35,555 bases of DNA from Deltaproteobacteria bacterium (GTDB lineage: Bacteria; Myxococcota_A; UBA9160; SMWR01): assembly GCA_032128375.1 (NCBI GenBank), contig JAQBGU010000212.1, positions 1 to 35,555 of the forward strand. Reading direction: 5' to 3'. Each line of letters opens with the position of its first letter. Within the stretch, counting starts at the first letter, position 1. Below are positions 1 to 8,880 of this stretch, piece after piece. The position numbers and the translations under genes are program-made. A model generated the notes under the pieces. The model was not told the DNA's origin and searched no databases. It was given only the letters and a program-made list of their open reading frames with translations.

Positions 1-563
1 CGATCGTCTTCACGCGCACCAAACACCGCGCGCGACGCCTCGCCCAGCAGCTCGACCAATCGGGCTACCGCGCCGTCGGACTCCAGGGCAACATGAGTCA
101 GGGGCAGCGCGACCGCGCGATGCGCAGCTTTCGGGAACGCCGCTACGACATCCTGGTCGCAACGGACATTGCCGCACGCGGCATCGACGTGAGCAACGTC
201 TCGCATGTGATCAACTACGACGTGCCGAACACGCCTGAGGCATACACCCACCGCATCGGCCGCACCGGCCGCTCGGAGACCGAGGGCAAGGCCTGCACCT
301 TCGTCACCGGAGAAGATTGGAGCTGGGTGCGGGCGACCGAGCGCATGATCGGTGAGCCGATCGCCCGCCAGCAGGTCGCGGAATTCACCGAGGCCGAGAA
401 CGAGCGCAGCGCCAAACCCGAGAAACAAGGTTCTGGACGCGGCCGATCGCGCGACGCACAACGCGGTCGATCCCACGAAGCACAACGAGGGCGTCCGCGT
501 TCTTCGGGTGGGCGACGACGCGGCGCGCGCTCGAGCAACTCGTCTCGAACCTCGGCGCGCTAG
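1..563 (+). CDS. DEAD-box RNA helicase, C-terminal part (5' end outside window; RhlE-like)
   Basis: Frame open from position 3: IVFTRTK (motif IV), ATDIAARGID (motif V), HRIGRTGR (motif VI), then an Arg/Gly/Ser-rich basic tail. Confidence 0.95.
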   Translation, partial: IVFTRTKHRARRLAQQLDQSGYRAVGLQGNMSQGQRDRAMRSFRERRYDILVATDIAARGIDVSNVSHVINYDVPNTPEAYTHRIGRTGRSETEGKACTFVTGEDWSWVRATERMIGEPIARQQVAEFTEAENERSAKPEKQGSGRGRSRDAQRGRSHEAQRGRPRSSGGRRRGARSSNSSRTSAR

Positions 564-647
564 GGGCGCAGCGCACTCGAGCGACCGCTTCACTGCGTTG
601 ACAACGACGATGAAATCGTCCTGGTCAACGCGCACAACGAGTTTTTC

Positions 648-689
648 AGCTCCAGGGCCTGTGGCCCCGGAGCCCTGGATGCTCTTTCC
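648..689 (+). terminator. Possible intrinsic terminator between convergent genes
   Basis: TCCAGGGC (651-658) pairs with GCCCTGGA (672-679), extended by AGC/GCT; only a weak CTTTCC tail follows. Confidence 0.4.
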
Positions 690-723
690 TGCGCGCGCGT
701 CTCATGACGCGACTGCGCGCAAC

Positions 724-1722
724 TCAGAAACGCGATACTGCGATGTCGCCAACCAGGCCAAGCAGGAAGAACATTCCGAACCTGCGATTGAACCAGAACG
801 TGATTGCGACGAAGTAGAGCGGCCAGACACCATCAGGAAGTTCTTTGGGGGCTTCATTGGGCCGCGGGTGCTTGTAGACCTGCCAAACCCGGCCGAGCGA
901 CGGTACCGCCGCAAACGGGATCAGCATCGCTAGGCTGAAGTAGCCGATGAACATCAGGTAGGTGAGTAACACGAACTGGGCGATCAGCATCACAGGCACG
1001 CAGTAGCGCGACACCTTCTCGCCCAAGATCACCGGAAGCGTGTGAATCCTCTTCGCCCGGTCCGCCTCGAGTTTGTCGATGTGTTTGCCAAACAACACTG
1101 CAGTCGGGCCGAACGCGTACGCCATACTCGCGACGGCCACATGATTGCTCCACTCACCCGTCATCACGTAATAGCTGCCGCCGACCATCAGCGGTCCCCA
1201 AACCGCAAGCACCGCCGGTTCGCCGAGCCCGATGTACTTCAGCGGGAACGTATAAAAGAGCACGAAGAAGGCGCCGGCCCCAAGCAGCATCAACACGATC
1301 TCGCCGCGAAGCGTGACCAGGTATCCGCCAATTGCCAGCGCTGCCAAGCCCGTGATGGCGACGTAGGTCAGCAACTGCCGGACGCTCAAGAATCCATCCT
1401 GGACCGTCTGCGGACCGTATTGCGTGCGGAAGTAGTTGTCCTTGTCGACGCCCTTCCAGTAGTCGGTCAGGTCGTTGACGAGATTGTTCGTCGCGTGCGC
1501 CAGACACAGTCCAAACGTAACCAGAGCAAACAGCAGCGGATCGAACTTGCCCACCTTCGCGGCCAGCAATCCGGCGAACGCGGCGGAAGTAAAGGTCATG
1601 ATGATGACGGCGGAACGCGTCGCGATGAGCCAGCGCGATACGATGTCGAGACCGTCCCAATCCTGCTTCGTGATGCGGGGCATCACCGTGAGCGCTTTGC
1701 CCCACATGGCAACGTTCGGCAT
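724..1722 (-). CDS. UbiA-family prenyltransferase, MenA-like
   Basis: NNLVNDLTDYWKGVD Asp-rich motif, KHIDKLEADRAKRIHTLPV second motif, multiple TM helices; AGGAGG RBS before ATG 1722. Confidence 0.88.
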   Translation of the reverse strand: MPNVAMWGKALTVMPRITKQDWDGLDIVSRWLIATRSAVIIMTFTSAAFAGLLAAKVGKFDPLLFALVTFGLCLAHATNNLVNDLTDYWKGVDKDNYFRTQYGPQTVQDGFLSVRQLLTYVAITGLAALAIGGYLVTLRGEIVLMLLGAGAFFVLFYTFPLKYIGLGEPAVLAVWGPLMVGGSYYVMTGEWSNHVAVASMAYAFGPTAVLFGKHIDKLEADRAKRIHTLPVILGEKVSRYCVPVMLIAQFVLLTYLMFIGYFSLAMLIPFAAVPSLGRVWQVYKHPRPNEAPKELPDGVWPLYFVAITFWFNRRFGMFFLLGLVGDIAVSRF

Positions 1723-1795
1723 GAGTCCTCCTCTCGGCCTGGAGCTCGAGGGCTGTTGGCCGGAGAATAGGGGCTTTTGGCCCGATCTCAGAGGA

Positions 1796-2071
1796 CTATC
1801 GCAAGAACTCGACGATGAATCGTGTCGGGCCGCACACCTCGACCTGGTGCTCGACGGTCGGTTGCACGATGCCGTCGACACCGGGTTCGAGCAGCCGTTC
1901 TTCCACCACCGGCTCGAGAATCCGGTACAGCAGTGATCCTTCGAGCACCCGAATTCGCCCCCACACACCGGCCTTCGTGGTGTGCGCCCCCAGCAATCCG
2001 CTGGGGATGGTCGACTCCGAAAACTCCGGCGTCTGATGGTAGGCCACGACGTCGTCTGGGAGCGTCTTCAT
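1796..2071 (-). CDS. DUF1971 / TehB N-terminal-like cupin protein
   Basis: TPEFSESTIPSGLLGAHTTKAGVWGRIRVLEGSL and PTVEHQV pattern; ATGA overlap with the tag stop. Confidence 0.85.
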   Translation of the reverse strand: MKTLPDDVVAYHQTPEFSESTIPSGLLGAHTTKAGVWGRIRVLEGSLLYRILEPVVEERLLEPGVDGIVQPTVEHQVEVCGPTRFIVEFLR

Positions 2072-2652
2072 GACGAGCGCGAAACCTGGTTGCGGCGGAA
2101 GCAACCGACCTCGTGGTCGTTCACCATTCCCACCGCCTGCATGAACGCGTAACAGATCGTCGGACCGACGAAGCGGAAGCCACGATTTTTCAATGCTGCA
2201 CTCAACGCGCGAGATTCGTCGGTCGCAGCCGGAACATCTCGGTATGACGACCACTTGTTGCGGATCGGCTTGTCGCCAACGAAGCGCCAGGCGAATCTCG
2301 CAAAGGACCCGAATTCGCGCTGGACCTCGAGGAACGCCTTGGCGTTACTCACGGACGACTCGATCTTCAGGCGGTTGCGCACGATGCCGGCGTTCTGGAG
2401 CAGTCGCGCGCGGGAGCGGACGTTGAAGCGCGCGACGCTCGCCGGGTCGAATCCTCGGTATGCAGCGCGGTACCCCGCACGCTTGTCGAGGATCGTCGTC
2501 CAGCTCAGGCCTGCCTGGGCGCCCTCCAGGATCAGCAGCTCGAACAGGTGGCGGTCGTCGCGCGACGGGACCCCCCACTCGGAGTCGTGGTACCCGATGT
2601 CGAGTGCTGAGGCGCCCACCCATGCGCAACGTCTTCGCTGTCGGTCTGCCAT
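2068..2652 (-). CDS. tag: DNA-3-methyladenine glycosylase I
   Basis: RCAW, YHDSEWG, LEGAQAGLSW, IVRNRLKI, FVGPTICYAFMQAVGMVNDHEVGC. Confidence 0.96.
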   Translation of the reverse strand: MADRQRRRCAWVGASALDIGYHDSEWGVPSRDDRHLFELLILEGAQAGLSWTTILDKRAGYRAAYRGFDPASVARFNVRSRARLLQNAGIVRNRLKIESSVSNAKAFLEVQREFGSFARFAWRFVGDKPIRNKWSSYRDVPAATDESRALSAALKNRGFRFVGPTICYAFMQAVGMVNDHEVGCFRRNQVSRSS

Positions 2653-2706
2653 CAAAGCGAACCATACCGCGGCGGCCAGCTCGCTGAGCGCGTACTCTCC
2701 GGCGCA

Positions 2707-3165
2707 ATGCTCGAAATTTTCGTCGACGCCGACGCGTGCCCGGTCAAGGACGAAGTTTACGTCGTTGGCTCCCGCTATGACGTGCAAGTGGTACTGGTTG
2801 CGAACCAGCCGATGCACATCCCGCGCGACCTGGCGGTGGCGATGGTCGTCGTCGACGAGGGCCCCGACGTTGCAGACGATTGGATCGCGGAACACGTACA
2901 GCCGCGAGACGTCGTGATCACAGCGGATATCCCACTGGCCGCCAGGTGTCTCGAGCGCGGTGCCGCGGTACTCGGCACCAACGGGCGGCCGTTTACCGAC
3001 GATTCGATCGGCGGCGCACTGGCGAGCCGTCAGCTGAACGCGGATCTGCGCGAGATGGGGATTCTTTCGCAGGGCCCCCCGCCGATGTCACCGAAAGAGC
3101 GCTCACGCTTTCTGTCCCGCCTCGATGAGATGGTTCAGCGTGGTCTGCGAGCCGAACAGAGCTGA
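2707..3165 (+). CDS. YaiI/YqxD (UPF0178) family protein
   Basis: IFVDADACPVK N-terminus, ADDWI, DVVITADIPLA. Confidence 0.93.
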   Translation: MLEIFVDADACPVKDEVYVVGSRYDVQVVLVANQPMHIPRDLAVAMVVVDEGPDVADDWIAEHVQPRDVVITADIPLAARCLERGAAVLGTNGRPFTDDSIGGALASRQLNADLREMGILSQGPPPMSPKERSRFLSRLDEMVQRGLRAEQS

Positions 3166-3170
3166 CGGCT

Positions 3171-3512
3171 TTGGCGTTCCTACGCGTCGCGCGACTCGAA
3201 CAAGTTCCCGAACATCGGGGTCTGTCCGTCCAAATCGGGGACGTCGAGGTGGGACTGTTCCGAGTTGACGACGCAATTCACGCGATGGAAAATCTGTGCC
3301 CGCACGCTGGACATCCGTTGAGCGACGGCGCGCTCGACGGCTGCGTGGTGGTCTGCCCTGCGCACGGCTGGGATTTCGATGTCACAACCGGTTTCAAACC
3401 CAGCGACCCAGACGGCTTTCCGATTCCGTGCTTTGCGGTGCGCGTCGAGGACGAAGAGATCTTTGTGGACATCGAAAACCAGACCAATCGCCCCCCGTCC
3501 AGGCGGCGCTGA
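3171..3512 (+). CDS. Rieske [2Fe-2S] ferredoxin
   Basis: CPHAG and CPAHGWDFD ligand motifs; TTG start 5 nt after the previous stop. Confidence 0.92.
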   Translation: MAFLRVARLEQVPEHRGLSVQIGDVEVGLFRVDDAIHAMENLCPHAGHPLSDGALDGCVVVCPAHGWDFDVTTGFKPSDPDGFPIPCFAVRVEDEEIFVDIENQTNRPPSRRR

Positions 3513-3518
3513 GCCAAC

Positions 3519-5342
3519 TTACTCCTTGGCTGTGACCGAGGGCGTTGCCGGGCAGTCGTCTGTCCCCTCCCAACCGGACCATCGCATCACTTCTGACAGG
3601 ATCGCGCAGCGATCGTCGCGCAACAGCAGGCTTGCGTCGCTAGCGGCAAGTTGCCCCACGCGGTCTTGGGTGACACTACCTGTCGACATGCGAATTCCGC
3701 CGCCTTGCGCCGTATCGAGAACGATGAACTTGTCAGTGTCCGCATTCGGGCTCCAAGCGGTCCATTCCGGCAGCAATCCGTCACGCCCGCGACCCGGGTT
3801 GCCCGTCCGTGCGAACTGCGCCCAGTACGACATCATGCTCGCCGACAACTCATCGCGTCCGGGCAGGTTCTCTTCGGTGAAAATCACGTTGCCCTGCTCT
3901 CCGAGGTCGTAGTGGCCGAACACGAACGGAATCTCGAAGCCGTGTGCCGCACCCAACATGACGGAAAGGTCGGCGCCCAACAGCGAAGGCTCCTCATCCC
4001 AGTCGAAGCGGTAGGACCAGATCGATTCACTGCTGCGCCGCATCGCGGTGGCGGGCTCATCCGAGCCCGACGCCCTCCACATCAGCGACTGGTATTTCGC
4101 CTGGAGGTTGAACCCCTGCTGGTCTCGCAAGCGCGGGACGATGCCAAACCAGCGCTTGACCCAGCGCGGGTTGGCAAACATGAACAATTTGTTCTCGTCG
4201 CGGTTGGTTCCGGTCATCACGGGAACGTTGTTCCAACTGTCGACGCCCGCGAGCAGTTCGATCGGGTCGCCTTCGGGGAGGACTACGCCGTCCTTGAATA
4301 ACATGGGTACATCGATGAACCCCTCGCCGACGTCTGTGACATAGCCCCCAAGGAGGTTGGCAGCCGGTTTGGAGCGTAGGTAGCCGGCGACCGCGATCGG
4401 TGTCATCCCGGCCAGGTGTGCCTTCGCGCCGTCACGATCGGCAGCGACGCCATCGGCACGCAGCAGCGTGAGCAGCATCTCATTCGAGCTTCCCGCATGC
4501 CCCGGGATGGCGTCGTCAGTGAAGTTCTCGCCCCAGGCCGGGTCGATCAAGTAGGTGCCACCACTTTGAGCGATCGCACGGTGAAAAAGACCGCCTGCGC
4601 GAGGAGACAACAGCAGGGTGTAGACGTCGGTGCCACCCGCTGACTCCCCGAAAATGCTGACATTGGCCGGGTCACCACCGAATGCAGATATGTTCCCACG
4701 CACCCATTCGAGCGCACGTATCATGTCGAGCGTGCCGTAGTTTCCAGAGCGATCGACAGGGCTGCTATCGCGTTCCCGCAAGCTCGCATGACGGAACCAG
4801 CCCAGGGGCCCCAGTCGGTAATTGATCGCCACAACGACCACGTTTTGCGACTGGGCGAGCTGGCCTCCATCGTAGAAGCCAGCGTGCCCGATGACATTTC
4901 CGCCGCCGTGGATCCAGAACATCACTGGGAGTCGGTCGGCGCCGGTCGGGATCGCGCCGGCCGCCGCGCGCGGCGCGTAAACGTCGAGGAACAGGCAGTC
5001 CTCACTGCCGAGTACTTCACCCGGCTCGCCAGCGACACCGCCGAACGGGCTCGCGAACTGCGGACAGTAGTTGCCCTGAGCCAACGCCTGGCGGGTCCCA
5101 GGCCACGACGCGGCAGGCTGCGGGGCGCGCCAGCGCAGGTTTCCGACCGGTGGCCGCGCATAGGGAATGCCGCGCCATACGTGGCTGCCGTAGGGCCCCA
5201 CGGTTCCGACGATCTTGCCCTGTTCAATACTGCGTTGCGCATCCTGCGCTGCGACCGGAGCAGGGGGACTGCCGGAGCAGCTGGCAAGCGTCCATAGCGC
5301 GATGCTCAGCGGTGCAATGGAAATGGGGCCGAGGAGGCTCAT
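3519..5342 (-). CDS. Type B carboxylesterase/lipase, probably a lipoprotein
   Basis: GIPYARPPVGNLRWRAP, SEDCLFLDV, WIHGGG, FGESAGG nucleophile, AHGFEI; LASC lipobox-like signal; start chosen at MSLLGP (approximate). Confidence 0.93.
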   Translation of the reverse strand: MSLLGPISIAPLSIALWTLASCSGSPPAPVAAQDAQRSIEQGKIVGTVGPYGSHVWRGIPYARPPVGNLRWRAPQPAASWPGTRQALAQGNYCPQFASPFGGVAGEPGEVLGSEDCLFLDVYAPRAAAGAIPTGADRLPVMFWIHGGGNVIGHAGFYDGGQLAQSQNVVVVAINYRLGPLGWFRHASLRERDSSPVDRSGNYGTLDMIRALEWVRGNISAFGGDPANVSIFGESAGGTDVYTLLLSPRAGGLFHRAIAQSGGTYLIDPAWGENFTDDAIPGHAGSSNEMLLTLLRADGVAADRDGAKAHLAGMTPIAVAGYLRSKPAANLLGGYVTDVGEGFIDVPMLFKDGVVLPEGDPIELLAGVDSWNNVPVMTGTNRDENKLFMFANPRWVKRWFGIVPRLRDQQGFNLQAKYQSLMWRASGSDEPATAMRRSSESIWSYRFDWDEEPSLLGADLSVMLGAAHGFEIPFVFGHYDLGEQGNVIFTEENLPGRDELSASMMSYWAQFARTGNPGRGRDGLLPEWTAWSPNADTDKFIVLDTAQGGGIRMSTGSVTQDRVGQLAASDASLLLRDDRCAILSEVMRWSGWEGTDDCPATPSVTAKE

Positions 5343-5474
5343 GGTTCTCCCGGCAGCGGCTGCGTCGAAGCTGCGCTCGGTTGGGGGGATTTTCTGTCCG
5401 CGTTCGGAGCGCGGCAGAATACACGAGGCTGCGCTCATCCGCTCTCCGGCGCTACTTCGGTCACTCTGGATGGG

Positions 5475-6023
5475 TCAGGCGAATGAGCGACCGAACAGAG
5501 CCTCGATTGCTGCCGCCCCGTTTGCCTTCAGAAAGCGCGTTCCGGTGCCAGCAAAATGGGGATGGGTGATCACCGGACCGCTGTGACTATTCCACGCGTC
5601 GCCGCCCCATTCGAACCAATGATCCTGATCCTGGTCGAACACGAACAGCGGCTTGTTGCAGAGCTTCGCGAACTCGGCCCCCCAGCCGGTCCCACCCTTG
5701 ACCGTTCGGTCAGCGAGGATCTTGCCGACAACGTAGATTTCCTGGCCGCTATTGACCTGGTGCCAGATGCCCTGCAGCACCTTCTTGAACAGCGGTGTGT
5801 CGCGGTACTGGCGGTGCATCAGCTTACTCACATAGGCGAGGCTGAAGTCACCCTGCTGCAGTTCTTCGTGGGTGAGGACCCGAATGCCTCGGCGCCTCGA
5901 ATCGTTGTGACCGTCGAATGTGAAGTTCACTTCATCGATTCCGCGATCTTCTGCCGCCTTTCCGAACTCGGCTTCCGCACCGATCGCAGCACCACTATAA
6001 AGGACACACTCTTCGGCTTTCAC
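5475..6023 (-). CDS. Conserved hypothetical protein, probable SLOG-superfamily fold
   Basis: YSGAAIGAE, KGGTGWG, KPLFVFDQ and FAGTGTR motifs; GTG start with GGGAGG RBS. Confidence 0.65.
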   Translation of the reverse strand: MKAEECVLYSGAAIGAEAEFGKAAEDRGIDEVNFTFDGHNDSRRRGIRVLTHEELQQGDFSLAYVSKLMHRQYRDTPLFKKVLQGIWHQVNSGQEIYVVGKILADRTVKGGTGWGAEFAKLCNKPLFVFDQDQDHWFEWGGDAWNSHSGPVITHPHFAGTGTRFLKANGAAAIEALFGRSFA

Positions 6024-6144
6024 GTCTCGACCCTCCCAGCTCCACGCTGCCGCGTTCGGCGGGTGGAGATCGGGACAATGACGAATTTTGTCGTCCTGCG
6101 CACCGGCGAGCCAGCGGTCTGCCGCGAAATAGCATCGCGGCTCG

Positions 6145-6597
6145 TCAGTGAAGCGCGTAGAGCAGATGATGGCTGAGGTCACCGACGAGATCGACGAATA
6201 TGATCCGGGTGTCGAACCACCAACTTCCATCTATTCGGTGGAAACTGTCGTGGTAGCGCCCCGATATGATGGCCTGTAGCGGCAGGTCGTCGACCTGTTG
6301 GAGGACTGTGTAATAGCTGCGCGCCGCCGCTGTGTCGGCTGGCTCGTCGACTTCGATGATCGAATTGGTCGTTACGTGTTTGGTGTGAGGGATCCCGTCG
6401 TCGTAGATCCGAGTGGAGCCGCGGTACATCGCGAGCACCCGATCCCGGCCTTCGACGGCTTGTCCCGGCTTCGCCTGCGGCGAAACGGCGATTCGACCGT
6501 GGACGAACAAATCCGCCACAGCCGCGAGATCGCCGGCGTCGATCCGTTCGGCGTACCGGTAGAGCAGATTCTCGATCTCGCGAGCCGGGTCTGGCAT
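6145..6597 (-). CDS. SnoaL-like / NTF2-fold protein
   Basis: IENLLYRYAERIDAGD, TKHVTTN, GRYHDSF..W pattern. Confidence 0.9.
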   Translation of the reverse strand: MPDPAREIENLLYRYAERIDAGDLAAVADLFVHGRIAVSPQAKPGQAVEGRDRVLAMYRGSTRIYDDGIPHTKHVTTNSIIEVDEPADTAAARSYYTVLQQVDDLPLQAIISGRYHDSFHRIDGSWWFDTRIIFVDLVGDLSHHLLYALH

Positions 6598-6656
6598 GCG
6601 CCAACACTAGCAGCCGGCCAGGTGGTTCCGAGATGCTGGGCCCGAGCTCGATGGGT

Positions 6657-7151
6657 TCAGGTTGCGGGTTCGCTTTTTTCGCAGCCCAACGAACGAAACG
6701 TTTCGGCCCACGCTTCGGCGCTGTGCGGGCCGATGTCGACTCGACGCTCTTCGCGCGTCCAGATCAAGTTGAGCGGAAGCCCCACCCCCGAGAGGTTGCG
6801 CCACACGGCGCCGCGAGGGTCGCGCAACACCAGCAAGCGCAAGCCGATCGCGCTTTTGGTTTCGGCGATCCGCTCGGCGTCCTCGCCGACATTCACGCTC
6901 ACCACACGCACCGCCCCGTCTTGGCAGCTCTGCGCAGCCGCGTCGAGAACGCCGAACTCCTCGATGCAGGAGGGGCACCAGGTCGCCCAGAAGTGAACAA
7001 CGAGGGCAAGCTCGCCCTCCTCCAGGGCGAGCGTCACCGAGTCACCCGCCATCGAGGTAAACACGAGCGGCGCGCCCGCGGCGCCGACAAGTCCCAGAGC
7101 GGCGCACACCGCGAGGGTGAAGTTGCGTCTAGAACGGAACTTGGAGACCAA
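6657..7151 (-). CDS. TlpA-family thioredoxin-like disulfide reductase (exported)
   Basis: VVHFWATWCPSC, VVSVNVGE, GLP cis-Pro loop; hydrophobic N-terminus; start uncertain (TTG 7151 overlaps the upstream gene end). Confidence 0.85.
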   Translation of the reverse strand: MVSKFRSRRNFTLAVCAALGLVGAAGAPLVFTSMAGDSVTLALEEGELALVVHFWATWCPSCIEEFGVLDAAAQSCQDGAVRVVSVNVGEDAERIAETKSAIGLRLLVLRDPRGAVWRNLSGVGLPLNLIWTREERRVDIGPHSAEAWAETFRSLGCEKSEPAT

Positions 7152-8130
7152 CCGACCACCTTTCGTCTTCGTTCTGGAAGCCGTACAGCCAACGACTCGT
7201 GAGCGGTATCTGGACGGCCGCCCGCAACGATGGTGCCTTGCGTCCCTGCAACCACGGTAGCTCGACCCGCAGCGACGGCGTGGCATAGAGAATCGATCCA
7301 CCGCTGTCGTCGAAGTGCACACCTTCGAAGTCATCCTTAGCGGCCCAGCGGTAGTTCAGCTCGAGACCGGGCGTGAATGGCTCGAGCCAGCTCCAGCCGG
7401 TCGCGTGCCCCAGCGGAACGAGGGCTGCCAGGTTCGCGAGCACGACGTCCCCGTACTCGTAGTCGAGTGACCCGTTGGTGTTGACGCGCCCGAAGACGCT
7501 GGCGTACAGCGCAGTGAACTCGAGTTTGTGGGTGGCGGCCATCCCGAACCCGAAGTCCCATGACCCGGTCCCCAGCTGGACGTGCTTGTCTCGCACGCCC
7601 TTGGTCTTGTGATGACTCGTACCGGTGGGAAACTTCAGAAATGCGCGGCTCTCCACCCAGGTGCTGGGCAGGATTTCTCGATTTCTCCACAGCACGTAGC
7701 TCATCGATGCGGAGATGTCGCCAAGCCCGTCGTTGGAGATCGAGAACGCTTCGCCCTCCTCGTGCTCGGTGATGTCGTTGAACGCGAACGGAATGTCCAA
7801 CGTCAGGCCAAGCCGGTCGAGCGGAGACCAGGATAGAAACAGCTCCAGCCGCTGCGAATCGGCCTCCTCGAAGGGGGTTTCATGCGATCGGTCGCCCTCT
7901 TCTTCATCGCCCTCCTGCTCGTGCTCTCCGGGCAGCACCCCGCTGCGCTTTTCCCAACCACTGAACTCCAAGTACAGCGAGATGTCGCCAGGCTGTTGAA
8001 CGCTGGCCCCGTGCTCCGAGAAATTCGGATCGCCAGCCAGACAGATCGAGCAGGCGAGAGCCGGGGATGGGATCTGAACGAGTACCCCTAGTGCGGCCCC
8101 CAAGAGGAGCCACCGCGCGAGTTTGCACAT
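7129..8130 (-). CDS. Outer-membrane beta-barrel 'transporter' (MetA-pathway-of-phenol-degradation-like) with N-terminal CxxC and His/acidic loops
   Basis: Signal peptide ending ALA then CSIC; GLGDI, LKFPTG, QLGTGSWD; C-terminal Phe; EHEQEGDEEEGDRSHE and EHEEGE loops; GGAG RBS before ATG 8130. Confidence 0.75.
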   Translation of the reverse strand: MCKLARWLLLGAALGVLVQIPSPALACSICLAGDPNFSEHGASVQQPGDISLYLEFSGWEKRSGVLPGEHEQEGDEEEGDRSHETPFEEADSQRLELFLSWSPLDRLGLTLDIPFAFNDITEHEEGEAFSISNDGLGDISASMSYVLWRNREILPSTWVESRAFLKFPTGTSHHKTKGVRDKHVQLGTGSWDFGFGMAATHKLEFTALYASVFGRVNTNGSLDYEYGDVVLANLAALVPLGHATGWSWLEPFTPGLELNYRWAAKDDFEGVHFDDSGGSILYATPSLRVELPWLQGRKAPSLRAAVQIPLTSRWLYGFQNEDERWSVGLQVPF

Positions 8131-8217
8131 TTCGTTTTCTCCACAGTCGAATTGACGCATGGGCTTCCCCGGACGGCGCGCGTACGCGATCGTCGCTCGG
8201 AAAGCTCGGCTTCGGAT

Positions 8218-8718
8218 CTAGCAGAGGAAACGAATGGGGACGTGTTCGATCGAATCGTCGGGAGGCGTGAGGATCGGGGTGAGATCGATGTAGGTCGGCT
8301 TCATTTCGAATGGAGGCGGCCCGGGAACAGGCACTTGCACAAACAGCGCATGGCCCGGCGCAGTCGTGGTTGCGGCCGCTTTCGGAAGCGACCCGCAGCC
8401 ACACGAGCATTTCGCGACAAGAGAGAAGCCGCTGCCCTCGCCTTCGATCGAGGCGGTGTCGTGCCCTGCGTGGCCGGCGGATCGATCGGCCAGCTCGTGA
8501 CCCAGCGAAGAAGCGTGCTCGGCCAGCGCAGCCGTCTCACCCGAGCGCGCCGACTCGAAGCGGACCGTCAATGGAAGACAGGGCGTGGACCAAACCGCCA
8601 CATAGGCGGCCACCAGCAGCCCCGCGAAGGCTCGAAACCCAGTCCCTTTGAGAGCCAACAGAGTTCGGATCCGCACCCGCACAATCGTCCGAAATCCACA
8701 GGCGGGTGTCACGTCCAA
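8218..8718 (-). CDS. Hypothetical His/Cys/Pro-rich membrane-targeted protein, DUF2946-like architecture
   Basis: Hydrophobic segment followed by Cys, His cluster (EH..GH..GHAGHD), CSCGC, Pro-rich tail ending PPDDSIEHVPIRFLC; start uncertain (TTG 8718, GTG 8682 or 8676). Confidence 0.6.
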   Translation of the reverse strand: MDVTPACGFRTIVRVRIRTLLALKGTGFRAFAGLLVAAYVAVWSTPCLPLTVRFESARSGETAALAEHASSLGHELADRSAGHAGHDTASIEGEGSGFSLVAKCSCGCGSLPKAAATTTAPGHALFVQVPVPGPPPFEMKPTYIDLTPILTPPDDSIEHVPIRFLC

Positions 8719-8757
8719 GCCCTCGATGTGTCACGCCCTCGCCCCAAAGCGGGGACG

Positions 8758-8830
8758 CGTGCAAGTTGGTCAGTACAACGGTAGCGGAAGAAACTAACCT
8801 GATCGGCGGCAAATCTGACCAACTCGCACG
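8758..8830 (-). promoter_or_regulatory. 16-bp stem-loop at the predicted transcript 5' end
   Basis: Arms 8758-8773 (CGTGCAAGTTGGTCAG) and 8815-8830 (CTGACCAACTCGCACG); the single mismatch is a G-U pair on the minus-strand RNA; 41-nt spacer. Confidence 0.6.
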
Positions 8831-8835
8831 AGGCG

Positions 8836-8880
8836 TTTATACCACGACTTGTGGAAAAGGCAGATCAAGAAGAGATCAAG
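8836..8880 (-). promoter_or_regulatory. Putative activator-dependent promoter with OmpR/PhoB-type direct-repeat box
   Basis: Minus strand: CTTGATCT twice at 11-bp period (8873-8880, 8862-8869) over the -35 region, then extended -10 TGGTATAAA (8844-8836). Confidence 0.6.

Noticed and set aside
441..488. 24-bp imperfect tandem duplication (GRSRDAQR/GRSHEAQR)
   Set aside because: Ordinary low-complexity expansion in a DEAD-box basic tail
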